Below are positions 48,263 through 62,865 of a DNA stretch of 64,000 nucleotides, one piece after another. Source of the stretch: the human T2T-CHM13v2.0 reference genome, Homo sapiens; assembly GCF_009914755.1 (NCBI RefSeq), contig NC_060947.1. One strand, written 5' to 3'. The position numbers and the translations under genes were made by a program. Under the pieces are notes generated by a model, which saw only the letters and a program-made list of their open reading frames with translations, made no database searches and was not told where the DNA came from. Every line of letters begins with the position of its first letter. The stretch's first letter is position 1.

Positions 48263-51200
48263 TTTAAAAAAGATCTACTCTCTTAACAGATTTCAAATAT
48301 ACAATACAGTATTGTTAACTACAGTTACATCAATATTTATTAAGTCCCCAGTACTTATTCATCCTGCAAAACTGAAACTTTGTACCCTTTGACTAACACC
48401 TCCCCATTTCTCCCACCCGCTAATCTTTAGTCACCACCATTCTACTCTCTGCTTCTATTAGTTGAACTTTTTAAGATTTCACATATAAGTGAGATCATGC
48501 AGTATTTGTCTTTTTGTGTCTGGCTTATTTCACTTAGCATAACATCCTCCAGGTTCATCCATGTTGTTTTAAAACACAGAATTTTATTTTTATTTTGTAA
48601 GACTGAAAAATACTCCATTGTGTGTGTGTGTGTGTGTGTGTGTGTATTATTCTGCAGTATCAATTGTAATGTCTTCTCTTTCTTTTATGATTTTATTTAT
48701 TTGAGTCTTTTCTTTTTTTCTTAGTTTGTCTAGCTAAAGGTTTGGCCATTTTGCTTGTGTTCTCAAAAAAGCCAACTCAATCTTATTGATATTTTTCTAT
48801 TGTTTATTTTTCTCTTTCATTTATTTCTGCTCTGATCTTTATCCCTTTCCTCTGCTTACTTTGGGCTTAATTTGCTTTTGTATGGTTCCTTAATGTGTAA
48901 AATTAGATTGTTTGTTTGAAACCTTTCTCTTTTTTCTCTTAATAGAACCATTTATCACTATGGACTTATCTCTTAGAACTGTTTTTGCTGCGTCCCATAA
49001 ATTATGGTATGCTGTGTTTCTGTTTTGTTTCTCTCAAAGTATTTTTAAATTTCTCTTTTGACTTCTTCTTTGACCCATAGGTTGTTCAAGAGTGTGTTGT
49101 TTACTTTTCACTTATTTGTGAATTTTCCAATTTCCTTCTGCTATTGATTTCTAATTTCACACCATTGTGGTCTGAAAAGATACTTGGTATGATTTCAATC
49201 TTCATAAATTTGTAAAGACTTGTTTTGTGGTCTGAAACATGATCTATCCTGGATAGTGTCCTGTATGTGCTTGAAAAGAATGTGTATTTTGCTGTGTTAA
49301 ATTGAATACTCCATATATGTGTGTTAGGTCTATTTGGTCTATAATGCTGTTCAAGTACACTGTTTCCATATTGATTTTCTGTCTTGATGTTCTATCCATT
49401 TTTGAAAGTGTAGTATTGAAGTTTCCTACCATTATTGTATTGATGTCTATTTCTCCCTTACATGTGTTAATATTTGCTTTATATATTTAGGTGCTCTAAT
49501 ATTGGGTGTATATATATTTACAAATGTTATATCTTGTTGATGAATTGAACCCTTTATCATTATATAATGACCTTCTTTTACTCTTATGACAGATTTTAAC
49601 TTAAAGTGTATTTCTTACTTGGTTACCATTTGCATGGAATACCTTTTTCGTTCAGCCTATGTCTTTAAAGTGAGTCTCTCTTAGGTTATATATACTTGCA
49701 TCATGTTTATTTAACTATTCAAACACTTTATGTTTTGTGATTGAAGAATTTAATCTGTTTACATTTAATTATTAATAGGAAAGGACTTATTACTGTTATT
49801 TTGCTAATTGTTTTCTATTTTGTAGTACATTTGTTTCTTTCTTCCTTTTCCAAGTCCAGCCTGGTGCTAAGGTAGCCCTGCAGGCTGGGTCTGCAGCAGG
49901 GGGGCCTGGCAGTGGGGTTCATTGAAATGGGCCTGGTGCTGGGATCTTTGGAGAAGTTCGGTACTCACTGTGCTCTGTTTCACCCACAAAAAGGGTATCT
50001 CTCTCTGCGTTGCCCAGGCTTGGGAAGAGGATGATGTGGTTAACGTAAAAATGTTCTCCCAATTATTTTTAATGCATTTTTTCTTATTTCTATGCTTTAT
50101 CCAGGTGCTTGTAATATTTCATCTGGATTCTTTAGTGCTTGTGAAGATTTTCCTATGTGGTTGGTTGTTCTAATTGATGTTATTATGAAGAAATTAGCAC
50201 TGGAAACTCCTACTCAGCTAGCTAACATTAATTCAGTGATCCAAAGTTCTTATTTTAATGTCACCAAATGTATCAATCTTCTTTATGATTTGTGTTTTTT
50301 GTGTCATGTTTAAAAAAATCCTTCCCTATGCCAAAGTAAACAAAATCTATATATTCTTCTGGGAGTTTTAAAGTTTTCTTTACCCGTTTAAGTCTTTAAT
50401 ATAACTAGGTTTTTTTGTGTGTGAATTATGTAAAGGATATAATTTATTTTTTTCCATGTAAAGATTCAAATGTTCTAGCACCATTATGTGAGTACCCTCC
50501 CACTTTTACTCACCAATGTGAGTATAATGCAGCTTTGCCATAGATCAAGATCATATGAATCCGGGTATATTTCTGGATCCTCAGTTCTGTTCTATTGGTC
50601 TATGTGATTACCCTGTACTGCTACCAAAAGGTCTAATTAATACACTTTTTATAATACAAATCTTGATGCCTGGGTAGGAGTATAATCTCCACTTTCTTTT
50701 CCTTCTTGTTCAAATGTGTCTTGAATATTCATATAACTTTTTCCATATCATTTCCCATAATATATTATTCCATATAAATGTATACTCAGCATTTTAGGTT
50801 CCATAAAAACATCTTGTGATTTTTTTCCTGGGTTTTTATTGGGATTGATCACTTTGGAAAGAAGTGAAATGTGTACAAAACTGAGATTTCCTTTCCATCA
50901 ACAAGAAGATAAATCGCTCAATTTAATGACTAAAGCAAATCCTAAATTTGTTGTAAATATATTACACATTTTTAATTAGATTCAATACAAAATTTTAAAT
51001 AAAAGTCACCATTTTAAATTGTAGATTTATTTTAATTAATCACATTTCCTAATTGTTTGTTGTTGGTGTCTGGAAGTGCAGGTGTCTCGATTTTTGTACA
51101 TTGATCTCGTGTTCAACAACCTGGCTAACTTCTTGTTAATTCTGATAAATATATTCTTCTTTTTCAAAGAATTAAATAGATAATCATTTTACCTGCCAAT

Positions 51201-51347
51201 AATGACATTCTTCTTTTAATCTTTCTAATCCATATAACTTTATTTATATGCTTTATTGCACTGGGTAGGATCACCTGTATAATTGATTAAAAGTGGTGAT
51301 CATGGGCATCATTTATCTTTTATTCTGATTTTAAAAGAATGCTTCTA

Positions 51348-51651
<304 letters not shown>

Positions 51652-52535
51652 CTAATGGTTCATGATTAATTACAAGTTTTGCTAAAGGTATTTTGCAGAT
51701 ACTCATTATCAGGTGGAGAAAGTATCTTTATATTCCTGGTTTGCTAAGAGTTATTTATATTGAGCTTTTATTATAAATGGAAATTAAATTTAGTCTAATT
51801 CTTTGATCATGTGGCTTTAATTCTTAAAACTGATAGTGGTAAATTGCATTAAAAAAACTATCATTGAATTCCTAGAAAAAAACTTAAGGTTCTTATGATG
51901 TATTATTCTTTTTATACATTGCTTAATTAAATTTACTGATGTTTTGTTTTTTATTTTTATATCTATGTTAATGAGTGATACAATCTGTAGTGCCTCTTCC
52001 TTATATTATCCTTATCTCTTTTCCTGATGAGGTTATGAATAGCCTCATAAATGAGTTTGGGGTATTCCTTATTCTTCTATTTTCTGTGAGAGATTGCAAT
52101 TATATGGTGCTTAGATATTTCATAGTTTACAATTTTAAGTTATGTGGGTATGTGTGTTTTCTTTTGAGGAAGACTTTAATAATTCAGACTTTCTATTACT
52201 ACCTGAGCCTTTTTGATAAGTTTTATTTTTATAGAAAATTCTGCTTTTCATCCACATTTCAAATTCATTGTCATGAGGTCATTCACAATATTATTCAATT
52301 TCATTTCAATATATACTGAATCTGTGGTTTTCTCTAGTTTTTCTGTATTTTTACTGCATTCTGTACCTTCTGTCTTTGTTTTTAATCAATATTGGCAAAA
52401 ATCTGTCAATATTTTTAGTCCTTTTGAAATTACCACGTTAGTCCTTTTAAAAATACCATAGTCTCAGTTTATTCTCTTTATTCAGTTGTTCTCAACCATT
52501 CCTATACACTAGAATCAACTTAGGAAGCTTTTTAA

Positions 52536-53025
52536 ATTACTGGGTATATACCCAAAGGATTATAAATCATGCTGCTATAAAAACACAAGCACACGTATAT
52601 TTATTGTGGCACTATTCACAATAGCAAAGACTTGGAACCAACCCAAATGTCAAGAAAATGTGGCACATATACACCATGGAATACTATGCAGCCATAAAAA
52701 ATGATGAGTTCATGTCCTTTGTAGGGACATGGATGAAGCTGGAAACCATCATTCGGAGCAAACTATTGCAAGGACAGAAAACCAAACACTGCATGTTCTC
52801 ACTCATAGGTGGGAATTGGACAATGAGAACACTTGGACACAGGATAGGGAACATCGCACACCGGGGCCTGTCATGGGGTGGGGAAAGGGGGGAGGGATAG
52901 CATTAGGAGATATACCTAATATAAATGACGAGTTAATGGGTGCAGCACACCAACATGGCACATGTATGCATATGTAACAAACCTACACGTTGTACACATG
53001 TAACCTAGAGCTTAAAGTATAAAAA
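52536..53025 (+). mobile_element. L1PA (PA4-PA6-like) 3' fragment inserted in a MER5 remnant
   Basis: ORF2 end and 3'UTR; flanks cagttgttctcaacc...gaagctttttaa and ttctgatgtaatggcctggg are MER5-like. Confidence 0.88.
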
Positions 53026-54415
53026 TAGCCATGTGTTAAGGCATATACATAGAAGTTCTGATGTAATGGCCTGGGATGAGGCCTAAATATTTGTATTTTC
53101 ACTCGTACATTTATTTGTTCTCTACATATCCTATATTTGCTTTTGTTATAATGTTTTTTAAAAATTATTAATTTGGATATTTAACTTATTAGTTTTCAGC
53201 CTTTTAAGAATTTGTATTATAAGCATTTTTACTATATACTTATTTTTATCACTTTATCTATAATCCCCCACTATACATAGACATGCACTAATTTTTCATT
53301 AAGTGCTAGATGCACTTTCATTTGTATAATTTCTTCTTTGACTCATGAGTTAAATAGCAATGTGCTTTAAATTTCAAAATATAAGGGAATTTACATTTTT
53401 GTTACTTATTTCTTATCTAAATGTATTTTGGTTAGAGAATATAATCTGTATGATACTGACTCTTAGATATTTGTTAAAATTTGTTTTATGGAATAAGACA
53501 TGATCCATTTGCTGTATGCTTGAAAAGAATCTCTATTCTCTGTTAGTTGGGAACAGTATTCTAATTATATATGTCCACTAAATTAAGCTTATTAATTTTG
53601 TTATTCAAATCTTCTGTATCCTTACTGAGTTTTATCTGATTGATTTATTGTTTACTTGGGGAGTTATATAAGATTTTCTTGCTGTGATGGTGCAGCGGTA
53701 AATTTCTCCTAGTATTCCTGAAAGATTTACTTTATTCTTCTCTATTTGCTCCCTTTTTACAGGCGATCCAGAAGGGGACACCTAATCCATAGAATCCAGA
53801 ACAATCACACCTGAGATTCACACTTGGGATAGCACCTTGCCTAGTTACAGTGTTATTTGAAATTTATTGATTCAGGTGAAATGTCAAAGCTCATATTAGA
53901 GAGCGGGGGTGGTCTAAGTGGGCAATTCAGGGTCTTTTAGCAGTTACCCACAAACCATAAAGAGAAGTCTCTATCTGCATCACTAGCTGTGAAAATTCAG
54001 GACCCAAACTGAAAGTAAACTCCACAGTATTTAGTCAGTACTACTTCAAATAAGGATCATCCTCTCTTTTAAGGTGCTACCAACAATCCAAGAGATAAAA
54101 ATAGAGGAAAACTAAACCAGGAAGACCAAGGTGATACCAATGTAGAAATCTAAAAATACATAAGGACCAAAATAACCAGAGTGATTGGTGATTTCCATAA
54201 AATAAAGATAGAATGCCTTCTGCACGTGCGTGTCAAGACATCAGCTCAAACATCAGGCACCCCAGTTTTGATGATACATTTAGCTACTGGCAGTCTCAAA
54301 TTAAGTACAAGCTGCTCATCCCAAAGAGAGACAGCCAATTTTAAAGGGCACGTTCCAAAATTCATGGAGGAACTAAGGATATGAAGATGAAACTCTGGCT
54401 AGTGCTGATGCTGGT

Positions 54416-54472
54416 ACACACACACACACACACATACATGCACACACATGCACATGCACACACACACACACA
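54416..54472. repeat. (CA)n-rich microsatellite
   Basis: Direct inspection. Confidence 0.9.
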
Positions 54473-54764
54473 ATTGACCCATAAATCCTTACCCCTTCTT
54501 ACTTGACCTGAACCTTTGACTTTCTTTCCCCGTCAACATTACCCCCTCAGGTGTCATGTGCCATACATGTTACGATGCATGAGAATGGCAGATAAAAACC
54601 CCATATTCCAGCCACATTCCTCCCTGACATCAGGTTTAAAGGCAAGAAATTTAGCATTAACTGCTTTTCCTGGGGAAAAAAAATCACTTTCATTTTGCTC
54701 CCTCCCAATATAGTTCAGCCACTGTTATTAGAATCGACTTTTTTTACTCCACTTGAACAATAAA

Positions 54765-55055
54765 ACCATTGATAAGCAACCTCTCCTCATCCTCATCTCC
54801 TCTCTACCATTCCCATTCTCTAATATTCACAATTGTACTTTCTATTTCCATGAGCTCAAAATTGTTTCTTAGCTCCCACAGATGAGCGAGAACATGTGCT
54901 GTGTATCTTTCTGTACTTGAGTTATTTCACTTTACATAATGTCCTCCAGGTTAATCTATGTTGCCATGAATGATACATTGTGTGCACAAGTGGAAACATT
55001 ACTCTGTATCCCATAAATATGTACAATTATTACATGTGAAGTAAAAATAAAAGAT
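54765..55055 (+). mobile_element. Short 5'-inverted L1MA 3' fragment
   Basis: Antisense part (ttagctcccacagatgagcgagaacatg) joined at about 54973 to a sense end (cccataaatatgtacaattatt...aaataaaa). Confidence 0.65.
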
Positions 55056-55796
55056 TTTTTTTAAAAAATAGGGCAAAGACCCAGAGATTATTTAAAAAAA
55101 AAAAAGAAAAAAATCTACTGGAAAATAATTTAACACCTCACACACACACCCACAAAATCGGATTCCAGCAAGTTTCCTTTTACCCTTCTGGGTGAAACTG
55201 TTTGGACGAATAACTGTGAAGAACTGAGAGGCTGGATGTCCAATACTCAAAAGACTTGATTTTGTCTCCCTCTGGAAACAAAAGCAGAGTAGAATGAGGC
55301 AAGCAGGGAGTAAATGGTGCTGCTGCAGAGAAGGGAATAGCCCACACAGCCTGAGAAGCCTCACTAATAGAGCTCTTAAGCTAATAGGTGTCATCCTCCT
55401 GCTGGAAGTTTAATCAATGGGGACCAGTTCCTCTTAATATCCCAAGTTCTACAGATTGCCAAATGCCCTAATTAAAATCATCTCTCAGTAGATTCTCTGC
55501 AGATTACTGTGACACTGAAATACAGAAGGGAAACTGAAACACTGGCTATTGAAGTCATCCTTGCCTCTTATTTCTAAAGATCTTAATTTTTACTCAACAA
55601 ATATTTACTGAGTAACTACTACATGCAGGCATTGTGTTCGGCAACGCAGTGAATGAATTAGATATGAGCCTTGCCTTCAAGGAGTACGCTGAGAAAGAGA
55701 GAAAAGCCCATAATAATTCAGAATAGAAAGAGATGATGGAATCTGTGTTTAAAATGAAGAAGAAAAAAGGAACCATGATAGTATATGTAATAACCA

Positions 55797-55975
55797 CTTG
55801 CCAGGTAAAACACAGAGTGCCCAGTCAAATTTGAATTTCTGGTGAACAATTGTTTTTTAGTTAAAGTGCGCCACATGTATTATTTGGGAGAATTTATACT
55901 TAAAAAATCACTATTTATATGAAATTGAAATTTAACTGGGCATCCTGTATTTTTATTTGTTAAATCACCCAACTT
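55797..55975. mobile_element. MER53 palindromic hAT MITE
   Basis: tgcccagtcaaatttgaattt ... aaattgaaatttaactgggca inverted arms. Confidence 0.8.
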
Positions 55976-56541
55976 TACTCCCTACCATTTTTCTTTGTGA
56001 TAACCCCAGCAGAGATTTCACTGTATAAAGACTCTGAGAGAAGGGGCATCAAACCAGTACTTGGGGCCTCTTTTGAACTTTATCAGCACCAAAATTCCTA
56101 GTCAGAGCCATCTTTTAAATCATATAGCAAATCACACCATTCTCATGTTTAAAACCCTTCCTTGAATTCCTGTCTCACTCAGAATAAAATCCAAACTCCT
56201 TACCAAACCCTGTCAGACAGCACATGATCTGACTCCTGTTTACCTTTCTAAATTTTATAACAGCCCTGTGAAGATACCGCTATTAGTCTCATCCTGCAAG
56301 TGAGAAAGCATACAAAAGGAAGACATGCTCTACCAGACATCAAAACTAGTTATGTTATACAAAACCCATTATAGTATTAATGGGGAGAGTAGAAAACAGA
56401 TTGGAAAATGTAAAATAATAATGTCCAATACTGGTAATGATGCAGAGCAATGGGCACTTCTAAACAACATTGAACAAACTGGTCATGGTGTTTTTGAAGA
56501 AAATTTGGCAGTGTTTATAACCATTAGAAATATATCCTCTG

Positions 56542-58292
56542 GGTCAGCAAAACCTGAGTCCTCTCCTCTCACTCTCCTCCCCGGACAGGGTGAGCTTCAC
56601 CACTCACTCCACCACCTACTCCATCATTTACCTGTCCCTGGGCTCAGTCCAGCTGCCCAGCTGCGGCGCCCTGCCAGTCAGCAGCACAGCCAGTGTCTAT
56701 GCAGGTGCTGGGGCCTCGGGTTCCCAGATCTCCGTGTCCCACTCCACCAGCTTCCGGGGCGGCTTGCAGTCTAGTTGCCTGGCCACGGGGATGGCTAAGG
56801 GTCTGGTAGGAATGGGGGGCATCCACAACGAGAAGGAGACCATGCAAGACCTGAACAACCACCTGGCCTCCTACCTGGACAGAGTGAGGGGCCTGGAGTC
56901 AGAGAATCAGAAGCAGGAGAGCAAAATCCGGGATCACCTGGAGAAGGGATCCTAGGTCACAGACTGGGGACATTACTTCAAGACCCTGGAGGACCTGAAA
57001 GCCCAAATCTTTGCAAATTCTGTGGACAATACCCACGTCATTCTGCAGATTGACAATGCCCATCTTGCTGTTGATGACTTTAGAGTCAAGTATGACATAG
57101 AGCTGGCCATGCACCAGTCTGTGGAGAGCGACATCCATGGGCTCCGCAAGCTCACTGATGATACCAGTGTCACTTGGCTGCAGCTGGAGACAGAGATCGA
57201 GGCTCTCAAGGAGGAGCTGCTCTTCACGAAGAACCATGAAGAGGAAGTAAAAGGCCTAAAAGCCCAGATTACCAGTTCTGGGTTGACCATGGAGTTAAAT
57301 GCCCCCAAATCTCAGGACCTCTGCAAGATCAGACAGACACCTGGGCCCAATACGACAAGCTGGCTCAGAAGAACCCAGAAGAGCTGGACATGTACTGGTC
57401 CCAGCAGATTGAGGAGAGCACCACAGTGGTCACCAAGCAGGCTGCTGAGATCGGAGTTGCTGAGATGATACCCACAGAGCTGAGACATACAGTCCAGTCC
57501 TTGGAGATTAACCTGGACTCGATGAGAAATCTGAAGGCCAGCTTGGAGAACAGCCTGAGGGAAGCGGAGGCCCACTACACCATGCAGATGAAGCAACTCA
57601 GTGGGGTCCTGCTGCACCTGGAGTCTGAGCTAGCACAGACACGGGCAGAGGGGCAGCACCAGGCCCAGGAGTACGAGGCCCTGCTGAACATCAAGGTCAA
57701 GCTGGAGGCTGAGATCACCACCTACCACTACCTGGGGGAAGAAGGAAGGACTTCAATCTTGGTGATGCCCTGTACAGCAGCAACTTCATGCAAACCATCC
57801 AAAAGACCACCACCCGCAGGATAGTGGACCACAAAGTGGTGTCCGAAACCAATGAAACCAAAGTTCTGAGACATTGAGCCAGCAGAAGCAGGGTATCCTT
57901 TGGGGAGCAGGACACCATCAGCAAACTAACACAGGATCAGAATACTAAATACCGCATGTTCTCACTCCTAAGTGGGAGTTGAGCAATGAGAACACATGGA
58001 CACAGGGAGGGGAACATCACACACTGGGGCCTGTCGGGGGGTGGGGGGAAAGGGGAGGGAGAGCATTAGGACAAATACCTAATGCGTGAGGGGCTTAAAA
58101 CCTAGATGATGGGTTGATGGGTGCAGCAAACCACCATGGCAGATGTATACCTATGTAACAAACCTGCACGTTTAGCACAAGTATCCCAAAACTTAAAGTA
58201 AAATAAAAAAATAATAAAAAGTTCAGAGATCATTGGAGATATATATATATATATATATATATAGATATATATATATATGCACACACACACAT
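56542..58292 (+). pseudogene. KRT18: Processed pseudogene of keratin 18 (type I keratin)
   Basis: Intronless copy of 5'UTR, CDS (56590-57877) and 3'UTR; NEKETMQDLNNHLASYLDRVR and EYEALLNIKVKLEAEITTY; ATG changed to GTG, premature TAG at 56953, frameshifts; TSD atatat[c/t]ctctg at 56530-56541 and 58293-58304. Confidence 0.96.
57918..58212 (+). mobile_element. Short L1PA (PA8-PA11-like) 3' fragment inside the KRT18 pseudogene 3'UTR
   Basis: tcagcaaactaacacagg...ggggcttaaaacctagatgatgggttg...acttaaagtaaaataaaaaa; the KRT18 UTR resumes with ataaaaagttcagag. Confidence 0.9.
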
Positions 58293-59464
58293 ATATATTC
58301 TCTGACCTAGGATTCATATTCTAGGTGTTTTCCTAGTTATATGTGTGCATATATTCACCTATGCAGGTAAATGTATAAAATAAGATCAGTGAGGATACAA
58401 ACCATCCTCTTTTCAATGGCCATCTCTATCTCTAGGATAAAGGAGTGGAAGTGAGACAGCTGGGGTCAAAAGGGACTTTTATTTTTCTATTCTTTATTAA
58501 AGATTCATGGCTATAATGTATTTGTGATTTTCATATGCAAATAAAAATATATATTTTTAAAAGACACAAGGTTAGATAAACACACTCCAAAAGTTTTTAG
58601 TAATGTCAGAATTATGAGTAACATTTATTTCTTTTTCTTCTTGAAATAAGATACCCCTTATCCTGACTGTAAATTGGCTTTATGATTTTAGAAACCTTGA
58701 TGGACACAAGAGGGAAAAACTGTCATGTAAATGCTGCAAGCCATTTTCTTTCTTTCAAGTGGTAAGAACTTGAATCACCTTTGGGGCAACCTGTTCTTCA
58801 GTTTTGGAGAAAGTGCCTTGAATGGCCCTTGTTACATAAATTTAAAAAAATCTATTATTCTTCGAGGAAACTATATAGTACTCTGAATGTAGATGTTTTA
58901 GTCTCAAAAATAACTGTTCTCTTTGGTAATGTAAATTGCTGTATATGATTGAGTCAGGGCTCTATCTGCAGACTTTATTGCTTTGGAGTGGTGGAGTGAT
59001 GGCTTTCTATGAATTTAGACTACACTGTGCTGGGACTGTCGCTTATTCACTTGGAGTTGTGGGAGGTTTTAGCAATTTCTCACCGGATAGTTTTAGCTGA
59101 GACCTAGAGAACTACAGAAAGATACAAAGGTATGATCTACATCTGCTGTATAACTTTCTTACAAAGGCAAACCACAATAGGTTTACATGGTTTAAATTTG
59201 ACTAGCATGGTAGTGTTCTTTACATTGTACTTTTTAATTTGAAACCAAATGACTGAAACTTTGAAAAATACACTGCTGCTGAATAAATCACCTTCCGATG
59301 TTACTATCTTTAGGGCTAAAGAGTACAATTCAATAAGGCTACAATGTAGAGGGTGTGGAAGTTGTTGTCTCAGAAGGGTTGACATTCTCATTAGCAATAA
59401 TCCTTAAAAATGACAGGGCCTGGGTGTAAAAATAAGAACATGGGAATTGGTCCTCATTTGGGAG

Positions 59465-60396
59465 TGTTAACTTAAAAAAATGCAATTTATAAATTTAGAA
59501 AAGAAGATTTTATTTCTTGTAAAGGATTACAGCCTGCAAGGTGGCCATCCCACAGGCTGGGAAGTGTGCCTCCGGCAAAGACCGAAGACAGACATTTCAA
59601 AGGAAGAGGGGTTAGAGTAGGAGCTTTATGCTGAAGAGGTTGGCTAAGTATATGTATTCAACAGATTACTGGATGAGCTAACAAAAAAATCATGAAGGTA
59701 GTCCTGACGCATGCATATTGAACAAACATGCATGTAACATATGACCTATGTTCACCTTGGAGCGGAGACTTAACATTTAAATGTATTCTAATTAGGCCCT
59801 ATACATCAAAAAGTCTTTTCAGGATACAAAGGCACTCAAGTGCACAGCTTCTGTAAACCAGCCAGAACCAGTCCATGGTCAGTGGTCTTCTTATCAAGAT
59901 AAAGTCACTGAAATCAATCTGTTGTCCAATTAATCCAATTAAAGCTGTGTGTGTGGTTACGGCTGGTGGAACAAGAGTTCAGTTAGTCAGTGTCTGTGAG
60001 CTGGATGAATTGTAATTGGTTTAACATTGCTTATCTTGAGGCCATTGCTTGTTTAGCTGCTAGAGAAAAAGAAAAACCTTGTGGCAGTTAGGACATAGTT
60101 TATTCTTTAATTATAGGGGTGTGTAACTTAACTTTTGCCTGGCATGACTCTAAGTCCTGTTTATAATTTATGATCTTATGGCCACAAAGAGTCTGTTCTG
60201 TCAGTCATATGGTCTCTATGTTAACATTAATGCTGGTCAGTTGTATCTAAACCACAAAAGGAAGGGGTTATGTCCAACTTCCCACCCCATCGTGGTTGGG
60301 AATTTGATTTTTAGGTTTTTATGTAATCCTCTTGGCCAAGAGGGGGTTCTTCTAGTCTGAAGGAAGGCTTAGTTAGGAGTTTATTTTTAATTTACA
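59465..60396 (-). mobile_element. Solo LTR, MER4-group ERV1 (MER49-like), 932 bp
   Basis: TG...CA ends with a perfect 4-bp TSD ggag at 59461 and 60397. Confidence 0.8.
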
Positions 60397-60705
60397 GGAG
60401 CAAGGAAAAACTTTTCCTCTCTCAGGGCATGAAAGGAGCCGGAGCTTGATCTGGAACCTATTGTGTAAATATACTCACAAAATTTGTTGGGTGGGGCAGA
60501 GAGTAGCAGTTAGCTAGCTCCAGGCCACACAGAAGCAAGCCAAGAGGTAGGCAGAGAAATGCATTTTATGAAATCCTCATTATGGATTTGTCCCTATGAG
60601 CTCTAAGAGTAGCCACATATACTACTAGTGGTGATGACAAAATATCCTCAATGTTGTATTTCCCTTCCATGATCCCCAAACTGTCAGTAAAGTGTTCTGA
60701 AAGGA

Positions 60706-61745
60706 AGGGTTGGCTTCATGGGTATGCAACATGTGCAGCTGCACAGGGTTCCACCCTTAATAGGGTCCCTAGGAATGGTTTTTTTCTCTCTTTTTAAAAT
60801 TTATTCTAAAAAATAAAATAAAATACATGTGCAGAACGTGCAGGTTTGTTACATAGGTATACGAGTGCCATGGTGGTTTGCCACACCTATTGACCCATCC
60901 TCTAAGTTCCCTCCCCTCACCCCTCCACCCCCCAACAGGCCCTGGTGTGTGATGTTCCCTTCTCTGAGTCCATGTGTTCTCATTGTTCAGCTCTCACTTA
61001 TGAGTGAGAACATGCGGTGTTTGGTTTTCTGTTCCTGTGTTAAGTTTGCTGAGGATGATGGCTTCCAGCTTCATCCACGCCCCTGCAAAGGACATGATCT
61101 CATTCCTTCTTATGGATGCATAGTATTCCATGGTGTATATGTACCACAGTTTCTTTATCCAGTCTATCATTGATGGACATTTGGGTTTGTTCTATGTCTT
61201 TGCTATTGTAAACAGTGCTGCGGTAAACATACGTGTGTATGTGTCTTTATAGTAGAATGATTTATATTCCTTTGGTTATATACCCAGTAATGGGATTGCT
61301 GGGTTAAATGGTATTTCTGGTTCTAGATCCTTGAGGAATCACCATAAAGTCTTCTACAATGGTTGAAATAATTTACATTTACATAAAAACCCTAGAAGAA
61401 AATCAAGGCAATACCATTCAGGACATAGGCATGGGCAAAGACTTCATGACAAAAACGCCAAAAACAATTGCAACAAAAGCCAAAGTTGACAAATGGGATA
61501 CAATTAAACTAAAGAGCTTCTGCACAGCAAAAGAAACTATCATCAGAATGAACAGGCAACCTACAGAATGGGAGAAAATACTTGCAAGCTACCCATCTGA
61601 CAAAGGTCTAATATCCAGAATTTACAAGGAACAATGAATGCTTTAATATTCTGTGATCTCCACCTTGAAATTCATAATAAGTTTTTAAAAATGGGCTCAT
61701 ATTTTATTTTTGCGATGTGTCCCACAAATTATACAGCCAGGCCTG
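60706..61745. mobile_element. MER91A-like hAT-Tip100 element split by an L1 insertion
   Basis: ggcttcatgggtatgcaacatgtgcagctgcacaggg on the left and cttgaaattc...cacaaattatacagccaggcctg on the right. Confidence 0.7.
60782..61635 (-). mobile_element. L1PA8-type element with 5' inversion
   Basis: Antisense 3' end to about 61379, then an opposite-strand ORF2 segment ([21 protein letters not shown]); TSD gaatg[g/c]ttt at 60773 and 61636. Confidence 0.88.
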
Positions 61746-61905
61746 CTCAAAGGTTTCAGCCTTTTATCAGCCGTAAAGCACAGAGTCATCTCTCAGAGTC
61801 TTCACTCCATGGTTGGAGTAGTGGTAGCAAAGGTGGATATGAGCGGAAAAATCCTACAATGACAACTTTAGAGCAACTTTGAAAATTCTCATGAAGTGGG
61901 GACAC

Positions 61906-62865
<960 letters not shown>

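Larger units (their letters stand above)
45812..50220 (-). mobile_element. Old L1MA-type element (3'UTR through 5' region, internally deleted), split by the 46012-48269 insertion
   Basis: The 3'UTR continues across the insertion (aagatctactct|cttaacagatttcaa); an endonuclease remnant MVGNFNTTLS lies at about 49400. Confidence 0.65.

Noticed and set aside
55797-55975. Long hairpin resembling a pre-miRNA
   Set aside because: Explained by the palindromic MER53 MITE; arms are diverged and there is no expression evidence
56325-57924. Long overlapping ORFs on both strands as a functional keratin or new gene
   Set aside because: Start codon lost, premature stop at 56953, frameshifts, intronless with TSD; alternate-frame ORFs are shadows of GC-rich coding-derived sequence
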